From IMG/VR virus record IMGVR_UViG_3300043451_000039, positions 1 through 64,000 of that record: a stretch of 64,000 nucleotides of DNA. One strand, 5' to 3'. Below are positions 26,074 through 34,715 of this stretch, in pieces. The translations under genes were made by a program, and so were the position numbers. The stretch comes from a virus. Lineage: Duplodnaviria > Heunggongvirae > Uroviricota > Caudoviricetes. How positions within the stretch are numbered: the first letter of the stretch is position 1; every line of letters begins with the position of its first letter. Under the pieces are notes generated by a model, which saw nothing but the letters and a program-made list of their open reading frames with translations, was not told the origin of the DNA and did not search any database.

Positions 26074-27786
26074 TTATACGAGGATAGAGAAGTCATTACG
26101 TTTCTCAAACTTAATAACTGAACGGAATTTATCGAACAGCTGATCACCCTTATGGCTGATAACAAAGATGTTCGTGTTCTCACCAACTTGATTCATCAGG
26201 TTCAAGAAGTAATCCGTACCTGCAGTATCAAGAGAAGAATCAAAGATCTCATCAAGGATTAGAAGGTTAGTGTTAACTGAGTTCTTCATCTTAGCAATTT
26301 GACGCCAAGTAAAAAGAATAGCCAAGTCAATACGCATCTTCTCCCCCTCAGAGAAACTTGCGTAAGTAAACTCGTCGCGATGACGAGACTTCACAATCTC
26401 ATTAAATGATTCATCAAGTTCAAAGTGGATGTAGGCATCCATAGCATTGAGGTATTTGTTAATCAACTTATTCATTGCTGGTAAATACTCACGAATAATC
26501 GCAGTCTTAATACCAGTGTCCTTCAACAATACAGAAGCAACTTCTTCAATGTTTCGGTGTTCTTGAAGTTGGTTCTTCTGACTAATTTTATCTAACGCAC
26601 TCTGAGCAAGTTCTTTTAGTTTAGACTTCTCTTCATCGATGTTAGTTGTGTCAGACTTAACCCTTTCGGTCTCAGCTTCAAGTTCTGTGTTTTGTTTGTT
26701 GAGTAAGGTGATCGTACTGTTTCTTGTAGATAACTCAATGTTCTTGTCGGTAATTTGTTCAACCACTTTGTTAATCTTAGATAACTTTTCATTGAGTCCA
26801 GTGAGTATGGTTTGGAGTTCATCAACCTTTGAGTTGTTGTCCAACATTTTCTGATTAAGGTCTTTGACAATACTCTCTTTGTATTCTTCTGCGATATCTT
26901 GGTTACAACTTGGACATACGTCATGTTCGTTAAAAAACTCTGAGTGGTGCTCGCAAGTTTCGATCTTCTGGAGCAACTTTGACTTGAGGGACTTTGCTTT
27001 TTCAATGTCTTCAGATATAGTTTCCTTGTCAGCGATGCTTGCTTTAAGAGTATTGATCTCCGAAAGGATAGATTGGATCTCGCCCTCTGCATGTAGAATC
27101 TCATCATTGTTAGCAGATATTTTTGATAGTATGTTGTTGATGCTTTCAGTCTTTGCTTCGGCAATAGTCTTGATGATCGCTTGTTGCGATTCAACTTTAT
27201 CCTTTGCGCTTTTAATTTCATTCTCAGTTTGTGTGATGGCATCCTTAGTCTCCTGCGCCTTTTCTTTCAATAATGAATTCATAGCAGAGAAGATACGGAT
27301 GTCAAGAATATCCTCAATAACATCTCTGCGTTGACTAGATGGTAACTGCATAAATGGAACGAAAGAAGCAGAACCCAAAATAACAACTTGAGTAAATGTC
27401 TTATAGTTCAAACGAAGGATCTGTTGTTCTAGAACCTTTTGATAATCACGTGATGCTGCGTCTTGATTAAGCATTTCACCATCACACCAAATTTCAAACA
27501 CATTGGGTTTAATACCACGAATGATTTTATATTCTTTACCAGCAACAGAAAACTCAATCTCAACTAAACAGTTTTTGCCGTTGATAGAGTTAATCAGTTG
27601 ACCCTTGTTAATATTTCGAAATGGTTTTCCAAACAATGAAAAGCACAATGCATCTAAGATTGTGCTTTTACCTTCACCATTCTTACCAATGATTAAAGTT
27701 GTTGGTGATTTATCAAGTAATACTTTGTTTGGAGAATTGCCTGTAGATAAAAAGTTCTTCCAGGACACGCTCTTGAATACAATCAT
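26074..27786 (-). CDS. 46: Recombination endonuclease subunit gp46 (Rad50/SbcC-like ATPase)
   Basis: 570 aa with an N-terminal Walker A (GKNGEGKST), a long coiled-coil with a CxxC zinc hook (CPSC), and a C-terminal signature/Walker B (LLILDEIF). Confidence 0.85.
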   Translation of the reverse strand: MIVFKSVSWKNFLSTGNSPNKVLLDKSPTTLIIGKNGEGKSTILDALCFSLFGKPFRNINKGQLINSINGKNCLVEIEFSVAGKEYKIIRGIKPNVFEIWCDGEMLNQDAASRDYQKVLEQQILRLNYKTFTQVVILGSASFVPFMQLPSSQRRDVIEDILDIRIFSAMNSLLKEKAQETKDAITQTENEIKSAKDKVESQQAIIKTIAEAKTESINNILSKISANNDEILHAEGEIQSILSEINTLKASIADKETISEDIEKAKSLKSKLLQKIETCEHHSEFFNEHDVCPSCNQDIAEEYKESIVKDLNQKMLDNNSKVDELQTILTGLNEKLSKINKVVEQITDKNIELSTRNSTITLLNKQNTELEAETERVKSDTTNIDEEKSKLKELAQSALDKISQKNQLQEHRNIEEVASVLLKDTGIKTAIIREYLPAMNKLINKYLNAMDAYIHFELDESFNEIVKSRHRDEFTYASFSEGEKMRIDLAILFTWRQIAKMKNSVNTNLLILDEIFDSSLDTAGTDYFLNLMNQVGENTNIFVISHKGDQLFDKFRSVIKFEKRNDFSILV

Positions 27787-28124
27787 TTATCTTTCCATTT
27801 CAAACCCATAAACAAAGCAACCATCTTTTGATGAAGCCAGTTAGGTTTCTTTTTGTTGTAAAAGTAGAACCCTGTTCCAAGTTCCCAGTAACCAACACTA
27901 TCATCTTCTGGTTTGAATGCGATAGTGTTTGAAACAGTTGACCAAGTAGTATATCCAGTTCCACCATTTGTTAGAAACTGTCCAGAACTACCCTCAATGC
28001 ATCGTTGACGATTGAGTTCTTTGGCATATAATCTACTAGGTTCATAATCCAATTCCAACGGAATCTGTTCCGTCAGTGGAAAGAAATACTCAATCTCAAG
28101 TTGCTGCATTAAAATGGTATCCAA
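27783..28124 (-). CDS. Hypothetical protein (113 aa) between genes 47 and 46
   Basis: ORF in track. Confidence 0.4.
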   Translation of the reverse strand: MDTILMQQLEIEYFFPLTEQIPLELDYEPSRLYAKELNRQRCIEGSSGQFLTNGGTGYTTWSTVSNTIAFKPEDDSVGYWELGTGFYFYNKKKPNWLHQKMVALFMGLKWKDK

Positions 28125-28609
28125 TTATTTGGGTGAACTATATTTTGAACAGGGGTAATATTAAATTTCACCATGACCAAGTCATAGTCAAGATCCCATT
28201 TAATACTGTGTTGTTCATCGGTCTCTGGGGAGATTAATAGTAATCCTGTTTCAGCCAAAATGTTTTCCGAAGAACCATCAACCTCAAAAGAAACATGAGT
28301 ATTATCATTTCCATTTAGAATGATATAACCAAAATAATTATTGATTAAATTTCGATTAGATTTATGATATACCTCAGACCCTTTAGAAAGAATTAGAGAG
28401 TTTGCTTTGATAAAATATCTATTGTTATTGGTGTTTGGCCAATTACAATAAAATCCACTTTGTATCATATCATACATATGCCAAGAAACATGATCGGCGA
28501 AACATAAAATATTTTCTTGCCTATTATGATCAACAACATAGTCAATCATAACTTGATCAACTAATTGATTGTCTCTTGTTACAATATGTTTTAAATATTT
28601 CTTAGCCAT
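28109..28609 (-). CDS. Hypothetical protein (166 aa) between genes 47 and 46
   Basis: ORF in track. Confidence 0.4.
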   Translation of the reverse strand: MAKKYLKHIVTRDNQLVDQVMIDYVVDHNRQENILCFADHVSWHMYDMIQSGFYCNWPNTNNNRYFIKANSLILSKGSEVYHKSNRNLINNYFGYIILNGNDNTHVSFEVDGSSENILAETGLLLISPETDEQHSIKWDLDYDLVMVKFNITPVQNIVHPNNWIPF

Positions 28610-29664
28610 TAAACGACCTCAATATTTACTGCCTCAGTATACAGACCACGCATATAAGACTTAATTTTCTCTTTATCAACATCAGTTTCAACTGAATCAA
28701 TGTAGTTAGCAAGAACAGAAACTGTGTCTTCTAAGTTAATCTCTTCATTGATTTCACCAGACTCAAATTCAGAAAGGTCTTCAACAATCTTAATTTCGTG
28801 GCAACCTTTATTATATAACTTCTGAATGAATTTGTCAAATTTATAATAGTCAGTCTTGTCAACTACGATAAGTTTAACATATTTGTCTTTTAATTCTAAC
28901 TGATCAAGGTCGATTGGTTCGACTTCTTTATCGGTGTATTCGAGTCTTTCGAACATTCGATAAGGATTTTCAATGAAGTCGAGTTGTCTTGTAGAGAAGT
29001 CGAACAAGTGGAATCCTCGGGGATCGTTATAATCCTGCCAAGTAAGTTCGTACGGATTTCCCAAATAGTAAATATTGCTGTCGTTACTACGATGATGATA
29101 ATGACCACTAAAGACCATATCAAATTTGCTGAAAGTTTCTGCAGAAAATCCTTCATGACTTTCCATTCCTCTGTACATTGAGAACCCAGCAATTTCCAAA
29201 TGCCCCATGCATAGTGTAGCTGTTGTGTTCGTTATCTCGTCAATACTTTGCGTATAGTTTTCTGGACAAATCCAAGGCAACATACAAACCTCAAAACCAT
29301 TCACGTTGATAGTCTTTGGGTCATCAATAACTTCAATGTTATTATATTCAGCCAACAATAAGTCAGGAGAGTTTACTTCATTAGTGTTCTTGAAATAAGT
29401 ATCATGATTCCCAGCCAACATGTAAACAGTAATGCCACGCTCTTCCAATTTATCGAAGAACATTTTTTTGGCTCTATCAAGGGCATAGAAGTTGACGTAT
29501 TTACGTCTATCAAAAGTGTCACCAAGAATAAGAACAGTATCAATGCCAGATACGTCAAGAGTAGGAAAGAAAGTATTGTCATAGAATTTTTGAAAGAAGT
29601 CTAAGAACGCAACACTATCATTCCTAGCACCGAAGTGCTGGTCTGTAATAATCGCTACCTTCAA
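28609..29664 (-). CDS. 47: Recombination endonuclease subunit gp47 (Mre11/SbcD-like phosphoesterase)
   Basis: 351 aa with calcineurin-like motifs (DQHFG...GDTFD...GNHD...GHYHH). Confidence 0.85.
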   Translation of the reverse strand: MKVAIITDQHFGARNDSVAFLDFFQKFYDNTFFPTLDVSGIDTVLILGDTFDRRKYVNFYALDRAKKMFFDKLEERGITVYMLAGNHDTYFKNTNEVNSPDLLLAEYNNIEVIDDPKTINVNGFEVCMLPWICPENYTQSIDEITNTTATLCMGHLEIAGFSMYRGMESHEGFSAETFSKFDMVFSGHYHHRSNDSNIYYLGNPYELTWQDYNDPRGFHLFDFSTRQLDFIENPYRMFERLEYTDKEVEPIDLDQLELKDKYVKLIVVDKTDYYKFDKFIQKLYNKGCHEIKIVEDLSEFESGEINEEINLEDTVSVLANYIDSVETDVDKEKIKSYMRGLYTEAVNIEVV

Positions 29665-30851
29665 ATGAAACCTACCTTTCGCTCAGTTGGTTTGTTAGAT
29701 TGTTTGTTAAAGATTTCAGCAATGCTATATTTCTTCTTACCTGATTCAACATCGCCAACGCCAAGACGTTTAGCCAAGATGACTGCTTCGTCATAATTCA
29801 GTTCATCAAATGTAACAATATCAAAACAACGACCTGGACGAACCAACGCTGAATCGATATCACGGATAGATGGAAGGTTGGTAGAGAAGATCATCTTCTT
29901 ACCTTTGGTAGTCACAAGACCATCACCCACATTAAGGAATCGGTGCATCATTGTGTTGCCATCGCTACGAGATTTCAAGAATGCGTCAGAGTCTTCAAGA
30001 ACCATGACACTATCATCACCCTCAATAAAGCGAGCAAAGAAACCATCCTTGTCGAGGATGCCTGAGTCATATGAAACAATTGCTGAAGAGTTTGTGTGGG
30101 CAAGCAAGCCACGAATGAATGTAGTTTTGCCAGTACCTGGAGGTCCAATCAACAACAAGATGTTAGCTGATGATTCCATATAACGATCGTAATATGATTC
30201 TAGAGATTCACCTTTTAAGAAAGGGTACATCTCAGCAACTGGAAGTCGGTCGCGATTCAATGGAACATTAACTGATTGACCATCAGAAGAATAGATCCAT
30301 TCAATATGTGATGTTACAATATCAAACTTTGCTTCAACCATAGCAATGATCGCATCAGCAAAATCAACATCACCATAAGCACGAACAGATGTAGTGTTGC
30401 TATTAACATCAAACTTGATATAGTTATTTGTATCACGCTCAATGATAATACCATTAGAAGAATTTCCTTGGACATGAAGGTCATTCTTGAAGTGCTCTTC
30501 AGCCCACTCAGCCCAATGCTCTCTATTACAAAGAACATTAGTCTCACGGTGAATTGTGCGCTGTCCAGCATCAACACGACGCTTCAAAATCTCTGCGACG
30601 ATTAGATCATCAAAGTCAGAGGCGCCAAGGAAAATTTTATTTTGTTCAGTTTCGTTCATAATTTTATTCAAAGGTAAAGCATTATCCCAACTATCCCAGC
30701 AATATCGTTTTAGCGTTCTTGTATTACTACGACGTCTACCTCTCCTACCTCTAGATCGGATCGGAGGGTAAGTCTTTACTTGCGATAATCCCAGATTCGA
30801 TATCCACTGTTGGATCGATGTTGTCGAGGTTCCCATTATCATTCTCATCAT
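29661..30851 (-). CDS. AAA+ ATPase of unknown function in the alpha-gt position; an alternative start at 30659 would remove the overlap with gene 55
   Basis: Walker A GPPGTGKTT, Walker B VMVLEDSDAF, and an arginine finger near the C-terminus. The long form has an Arg-rich N-terminus (RSRGRRGRRRSNTRT) and overlaps the gp55 C-terminus by 100 nt. Confidence 0.55.
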   Translation of the reverse strand: MMRMIMGTSTTSIQQWISNLGLSQVKTYPPIRSRGRRGRRRSNTRTLKRYCWDSWDNALPLNKIMNETEQNKIFLGASDFDDLIVAEILKRRVDAGQRTIHRETNVLCNREHWAEWAEEHFKNDLHVQGNSSNGIIIERDTNNYIKFDVNSNTTSVRAYGDVDFADAIIAMVEAKFDIVTSHIEWIYSSDGQSVNVPLNRDRLPVAEMYPFLKGESLESYYDRYMESSANILLLIGPPGTGKTTFIRGLLAHTNSSAIVSYDSGILDKDGFFARFIEGDDSVMVLEDSDAFLKSRSDGNTMMHRFLNVGDGLVTTKGKKMIFSTNLPSIRDIDSALVRPGRCFDIVTFDELNYDEAVILAKRLGVGDVESGKKKYSIAEIFNKQSNKPTERKVGFI

Positions 30852-31374
30852 TAATAAATGCGTTCAATGTATTTTCCATTTTTTTCTTGGCAGCTTTTTC
30901 TTTCTTGCGACCAATGAAATCATCGAATGTATTATTTTGTTGCATAAACTCAAGATAAGCATTATGGAATTCACCAGTCTCATCCTGCTCTTGTAACTCA
31001 AACATTTCAAACGGCATGTTCTGAATCAACATACCTTTAATATAACTTTGTTTCTTTTCTTTAGCAATCCTACGAAGAAATGCGTAGTAAATAATTTGTG
31101 TAAAGTAAGCGAAAGGGTTCTTAGATTTAGAAGGATCAAAATTGTCGATGTACTGAATACAGTTTTCAATGCCATCCAAAATCATGTCCTCACGATAAGA
31201 GTAATTAATAAAGTTGGGTTTGTATGATAGATGCGTTGCGATCTTTAAAATACACTCACCAATATAATTACTCACGATAGGTTTAGGTAAACCATTTTCT
31301 TTTGCGTGTTTTACTTTTTCTCGGTACTCTGTTATTGCTACTAGAAAATCTGCGTTGTTTACGTAATGAGCCAT
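30751..31374 (-). CDS. 55: Late-transcription sigma factor gp55
   Basis: NPFAYFTQIIYYAFLRRIAKEKK aligns with T4 gp55 [23 protein letters not shown]. Size and position also match. Confidence 0.85.
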   Translation of the reverse strand: MAHYVNNADFLVAITEYREKVKHAKENGLPKPIVSNYIGECILKIATHLSYKPNFINYSYREDMILDGIENCIQYIDNFDPSKSKNPFAYFTQIIYYAFLRRIAKEKKQSYIKGMLIQNMPFEMFELQEQDETGEFHNAYLEFMQQNNTFDDFIGRKKEKAAKKKMENTLNAFINDENDNGNLDNIDPTVDIESGIIASKDLPSDPI

Positions 31375-31409
31375 GACATTGGATTCTTCCTATAATTTAA
31401 CATACTATG

Positions 31410-31438
31410 ATTATACGCTACACAATTGAAAAAAGCAA
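31410..31438 (-). promoter_or_regulatory. Sigma70-type early promoter upstream of gene 55: -35 TTGCTT, 17 bp, -10 TATAAT
   Basis: Reverse complement of 31410-31438 has TATAAT at 31410-31415 and TTGCTT at 31433-31438. Confidence 0.45.
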
Positions 31439-31528
31439 ACTTATTTTTAACTTGCATTTTGCAGTTATTTTAAATTTGCTTTTTTATTTGACCACATGTA
31501 TAATAACCATGTCGGGTTTGTTGATGAG

Positions 31529-31996
31529 TTAATGTCTAGTATCGTTTCCTTCTACGAACGATGTAACTAACTCTTCTGCTCTCTCCTCTGCTTCTTCCGA
31601 CAAAGAGGTTAGCATCTCGATTCTACGCATTGCCTCTTCCTGAGTAATGCCTTCAGCCTGTCCCCAATACTTCTCTTCTGCCTCACCCTTTGGTTTAAAC
31701 GAGGTAAACTCTTCATGCTCTTGAACGATGCGTTGATAGTGGGGGATCATAATTTCTTTTAGACGCTTCACAAAAAGAATATTTTTCTTTTCAATCAAGA
31801 ATGTTTTCTCGTCTGTAAATTGACAGAATGGGTGAGCCGTTACATGCTCTCTACCTTCACTAAGGACTGGGATTGATTTAATAACCATCGGTGAAAGAAG
31901 CTGGACATACTCACTGTCTTCTTCCTCAAGAACTGCCATGACTTGTTCACCGCTGTTAAATTTTATAACAACATACATATCATTGTCGTCTAGCAT
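31529..31996 (-). CDS. Hypothetical protein with acidic C-terminus (155 aa)
   Basis: ORF in track, start-coupled to the uvsW stop. Confidence 0.45.
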   Translation of the reverse strand: MLDDNDMYVVIKFNSGEQVMAVLEEEDSEYVQLLSPMVIKSIPVLSEGREHVTAHPFCQFTDEKTFLIEKKNILFVKRLKEIMIPHYQRIVQEHEEFTSFKPKGEAEEKYWGQAEGITQEEAMRRIEMLTSLSEEAEERAEELVTSFVEGNDTRH

Positions 31997-33489
31997 AAAT
32001 CTACCTCGACTATTTTGATTTTAAATTCTTCTTCAGCATATGTTTTGTAACGCTCTGCTGCATGATTAAGCGTATGATTTTTCCAAGACTTCCAATGCAA
32101 GTCGTCAGCCAAATCAAATAAATTACATTTTGTTTTGCCATCTTTTAATCTCAACCCACGACCAATAGATTGTAGGTTGCGGATTTTACTTTTAGAGGGT
32201 GACGCAAATATTACATTCTCAAGAGAAGGGATGTTAATACCAGTGGAGAAAGTTCCAAAGGACGCAATAATAATAGCGTCAGTCTCATCCTCAGTTATAT
32301 GACGGATCGCTTCACGATCAGCTGTTTCGGTTCCGCCATAAACAAAAAATACTTTTCTATCTTCGTGTACTTTGTTCTTGATAAGTTCGTAAAGAATCTT
32401 GCCATGCTTTTCAACGTATTGAAAAAGAACTAGCGTATTACCTTTAGAATTTACTGCCAAGTTTCGGATAAATTTATTTCTTGGTTCACAAGAAACTAGC
32501 CAATCCATTTCTTCTTGGTACGTTTTATTTTTACGATCCTTACGAATTTCTTCATTGTACTTCAGTATCACGCACATAATATTTAGGTCAGCAAGTTTCC
32601 CACTATCCATTAATTTCTTAGTAGTAGTGACTCTGTGGACTTGACCAAATACACCCTCAAGAACTAATTTATGAACCTTCTTATTATCTAGTGTTCCAGT
32701 AGTTCCGATACGGTAGCGGATCTTATCCATCTTTTCCATAACGCTGGTAAGAGATTTCGCTTTAAAGTTATGCGCCTCATCTCCGAACATAACATTGAAT
32801 TGAGCAAACCAACTACGAGGTTGTAGGTATACTGATTGCCAAGTTGTAATTAAAACATCCTTGGTAAATTCCTTTGTGAAACCACTGTATAATTTTTGGC
32901 AGTGTTCAGAAACACCCCAGTTGTTTACTGTTGAGTAATCCTCAAAGTCAGTATATAACTGTTCAACTAAAGATGTTGTTGGAACGATGATGATACATTT
33001 ACGTCCTGCGTTTAGATGCCAACGCATAATAGAGTAAATGATAAAAGATTTGCCAGAGGCAGTAGGTGATAGAAGTAAGGTTCTTTCCTTATCAATAGCA
33101 GTGGCCATTGCTTCTATTTGATAGTCACGGATTTCAATTTTGTCTGGCGTTTCTAATGCCTTAACAAACTTCTCTATGATATCAGTTGTGATGTTATTTG
33201 TGTGAGCAACTTGATTTACATATTCAATACCGTAACCATTACTTACGGCAAACTGCTCAACATAAGGGACTAATCCAAGGTAAAGGGTTTTTCTTATTGA
33301 ATCGTATAGACGAACTTTTCCATCCCAGAGTCTTGCTCGGAACTGCGGAGTAAACCGAGCACCTGGGTATTCATATGTGAAGAAGTCGGCGAGTTCTTGT
33401 TCAATAGAAGCATCACCAAATATTCTTACATAAACTTCGTCTAACTTTTCAATCTTTATCATTACATCCCAGCTAGGAATTTCTTCCAC
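31990..33489 (-). CDS. uvsW: UvsW SF2 DNA/RNA helicase
   Basis: 499 aa with Walker A LLLSPTASGKS, DEAH-like FGDEAH, and helicase C-terminal motifs. Size matches T4 UvsW. Confidence 0.85.
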   Translation of the reverse strand: MEEIPSWDVMIKIEKLDEVYVRIFGDASIEQELADFFTYEYPGARFTPQFRARLWDGKVRLYDSIRKTLYLGLVPYVEQFAVSNGYGIEYVNQVAHTNNITTDIIEKFVKALETPDKIEIRDYQIEAMATAIDKERTLLLSPTASGKSFIIYSIMRWHLNAGRKCIIIVPTTSLVEQLYTDFEDYSTVNNWGVSEHCQKLYSGFTKEFTKDVLITTWQSVYLQPRSWFAQFNVMFGDEAHNFKAKSLTSVMEKMDKIRYRIGTTGTLDNKKVHKLVLEGVFGQVHRVTTTKKLMDSGKLADLNIMCVILKYNEEIRKDRKNKTYQEEMDWLVSCEPRNKFIRNLAVNSKGNTLVLFQYVEKHGKILYELIKNKVHEDRKVFFVYGGTETADREAIRHITEDETDAIIIASFGTFSTGINIPSLENVIFASPSKSKIRNLQSIGRGLRLKDGKTKCNLFDLADDLHWKSWKNHTLNHAAERYKTYAEEEFKIKIVEVDLC

Positions 33490-33899
33490 TCAACTGCAGT
33501 TTTAATTTGCCAGTCTCTTGCTTTAATTTGACCAAGGACTGACTCAAGGAAATATATCATTGTTTCTAGGTAATCAATTTTTACCTTCAATGTATTTAGT
33601 TCAGTATCACCAGATAGAAATTCATCCATCTCATTCTTTAAAGGTTTAACACCTTGCCATTGTTCCCAACCCAAAGCAATTAATTCATCACGTGATAGTT
33701 CTCCACGATATAAACGGAATTTGTTTTTACGGAGAATGTTGTGGTCAGAACTCAACTTAGTGTGTTTGAGTTTGACATTGACAAGTAACTTTAAATACTT
33801 GGCGTGGAGTTTGGGGGTTGCTGTGGTAGTTTCACCGAGATAGTTATCATCTATCTCGCAATCAGTTTCCCACATTTCTTGAAGTTGTTCGATGTTCAT
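33462..33899 (-). CDS. uvsY: UvsY recombination mediator
   Basis: 145 aa. The N-terminus MNIEQLQEMWETD resembles T4 UvsY MRLEDLQEELKKD, and the C-terminal region GQIKARDWQIKTAVEWKKF resembles T4 ...GALDAIKSRGFAIKHIQDMRAF. Confidence 0.75.
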   Translation of the reverse strand: MNIEQLQEMWETDCEIDDNYLGETTTATPKLHAKYLKLLVNVKLKHTKLSSDHNILRKNKFRLYRGELSRDELIALGWEQWQGVKPLKNEMDEFLSGDTELNTLKVKIDYLETMIYFLESVLGQIKARDWQIKTAVEWKKFLAGM

Positions 33900-33920
33900 A
33901 ATATCCTCACTTGTTACATC

Positions 33921-33949
33921 ATTATACTACAAATCTGCAATAAAAGCAA
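33921..33949 (-). promoter_or_regulatory. Sigma70-type early promoter upstream of uvsY: -35 TTGCTT, 17 bp, -10 TATAAT
   Basis: Reverse complement has TATAAT at 33921-33926 and TTGCTT at 33944-33949. Confidence 0.45.
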
Positions 33950-33956
33950 ATTTAAA

Positions 33957-34475
33957 TTATGTAAACTTGAAATGTCCAAATCTAAAGGTTGCAGAACCTA
34001 CTACGTAGTTAACACCTTCATTAGTGGATGCAAATGTAATTGAATCTAGTGTTGTTGGGAACGCATCATAGAAAGTGATAGTTCTTACAACATTATTGTT
34101 TGAGTCAAGAATCTCTAGGGTCGCATCAGAATAGTTTTTCGCAAGTTCATCGTATTGTGTAGTGTCGCCAGCTAAGAAGGTAACATACTGATCATATGAC
34201 TCAGGGAAACCAAGAGCAACAATCCAGTTATACAATACATTATAGTTTAACATTTCTTCATCAACTAAGAATTGAATCTGAAGAGAGTCATATGTCAACG
34301 CATCACCTGGAACTGGGTTAGTAGCGAAAGGTGTTGAGAATGTTGGCTCACCAAGAGTAATCCCTGGGAGGTTTGCTTGTTGACAATAAAATGCGATGTC
34401 TGCTGCTTTCGAAATGGTAAAGTTAAAACCATTCGGAGAGAGTGGACTCAAATTCGAAGAAGATGGAATTGGCAT
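33957..34475 (-). CDS. gp19-like tail-tube-fold paralogue (172 aa; gp19/gp48/gp54 family)
   Basis: The pattern NGFNFTISKAADIAFYCQQANLPGITLGEP...GDALTYDSLQIQFLVDE parallels gp19 NLFQVEI...FQCKATALPAG...GDRTF. The authentic gp19 is at 40639-41226. Confidence 0.5.
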   Translation of the reverse strand: MPIPSSSNLSPLSPNGFNFTISKAADIAFYCQQANLPGITLGEPTFSTPFATNPVPGDALTYDSLQIQFLVDEEMLNYNVLYNWIVALGFPESYDQYVTFLAGDTTQYDELAKNYSDATLEILDSNNNVVRTITFYDAFPTTLDSITFASTNEGVNYVVGSATFRFGHFKFT

Positions 34476-34624
34476 TATGGGTGTTGTAGTGGTACTAGGT
34501 TGTTAATGTCTTCACCTACTGGTGGAGTCAATGGAACCAAGTTGTTAATGTCTTCACCTACTGGTGGAGTCAATGGAACTAGATCTTCTGGTTTTACTAC
34601 TGGAATATCTGGTGGGTTTGGCAT
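34475..34624 (-). CDS. 49-aa proline-rich tandem-repeat micro-protein (MPNPPDIPVVKPEDLVPLTPPVGEDINNLVPLTPPVGEDINNLVPLQHP)
   Basis: Manual translation. Strong RBS AAAGGAGATTATAATG, and its stop overlaps the downstream ATG as TAATG. Contains two 14-aa repeats encoded by a 42-bp tandem DNA repeat. The plus-strand ORF 34377-34658 in the track is its antisense shadow. Confidence 0.45.
   Translation of the reverse strand: MPNPPDIPVVKPEDLVPLTPPVGEDINNLVPLTPPVGEDINNLVPLQHP
34499..34582. repeat. 42-bp direct tandem repeat, 2 near-identical copies (plus a partial third copy)
   Basis: 34499-34540 and 34541-34582 differ only in the last 3 nt (gttgttaatgtcttcacctactggtggagtcaatggaac...). Confidence 0.8.
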
Positions 34625-34657
34625 TATAATCTCCTTTATTTGTATATTTAGTAAATG

Positions 34658-34681
34658 AAAAAAGGGGAACCGAAGTTCCCC
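34658..34681 (-). terminator. Rho-independent terminator after gene 23 (minus strand)
   Basis: Stem GGGGAAC/GTTCCCC with a cgaa loop, followed on the minus strand by TTTTTT. Confidence 0.55.
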
Positions 34682-34715
34682 TTTGAAATACCTATCTTAC
34701 GTAGGTTTCTAACTA

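Noticed and set aside
26616-27242. 208-aa minus-strand ORF rich in K/R/S/L inside gene 46
   Set aside because: It is an alternative frame of the gp46 coiled-coil region with a low-complexity product and no independent signals.
34499-34582. Tandem repeat considered as a possible CRISPR array or att site
   Set aside because: There are only two directly adjacent copies with no spacers, the unit is in frame and coding (14 aa), and there is no cas context.
34377-34658. 93-aa plus-strand ORF with repeated MSSPTGGVNGT units
   Set aside because: It is the antisense reading of the 42-bp tandem repeat. The minus-strand 49-aa ORF has a strong RBS and translational coupling to the downstream gene, so the plus-strand reading is an artefact.
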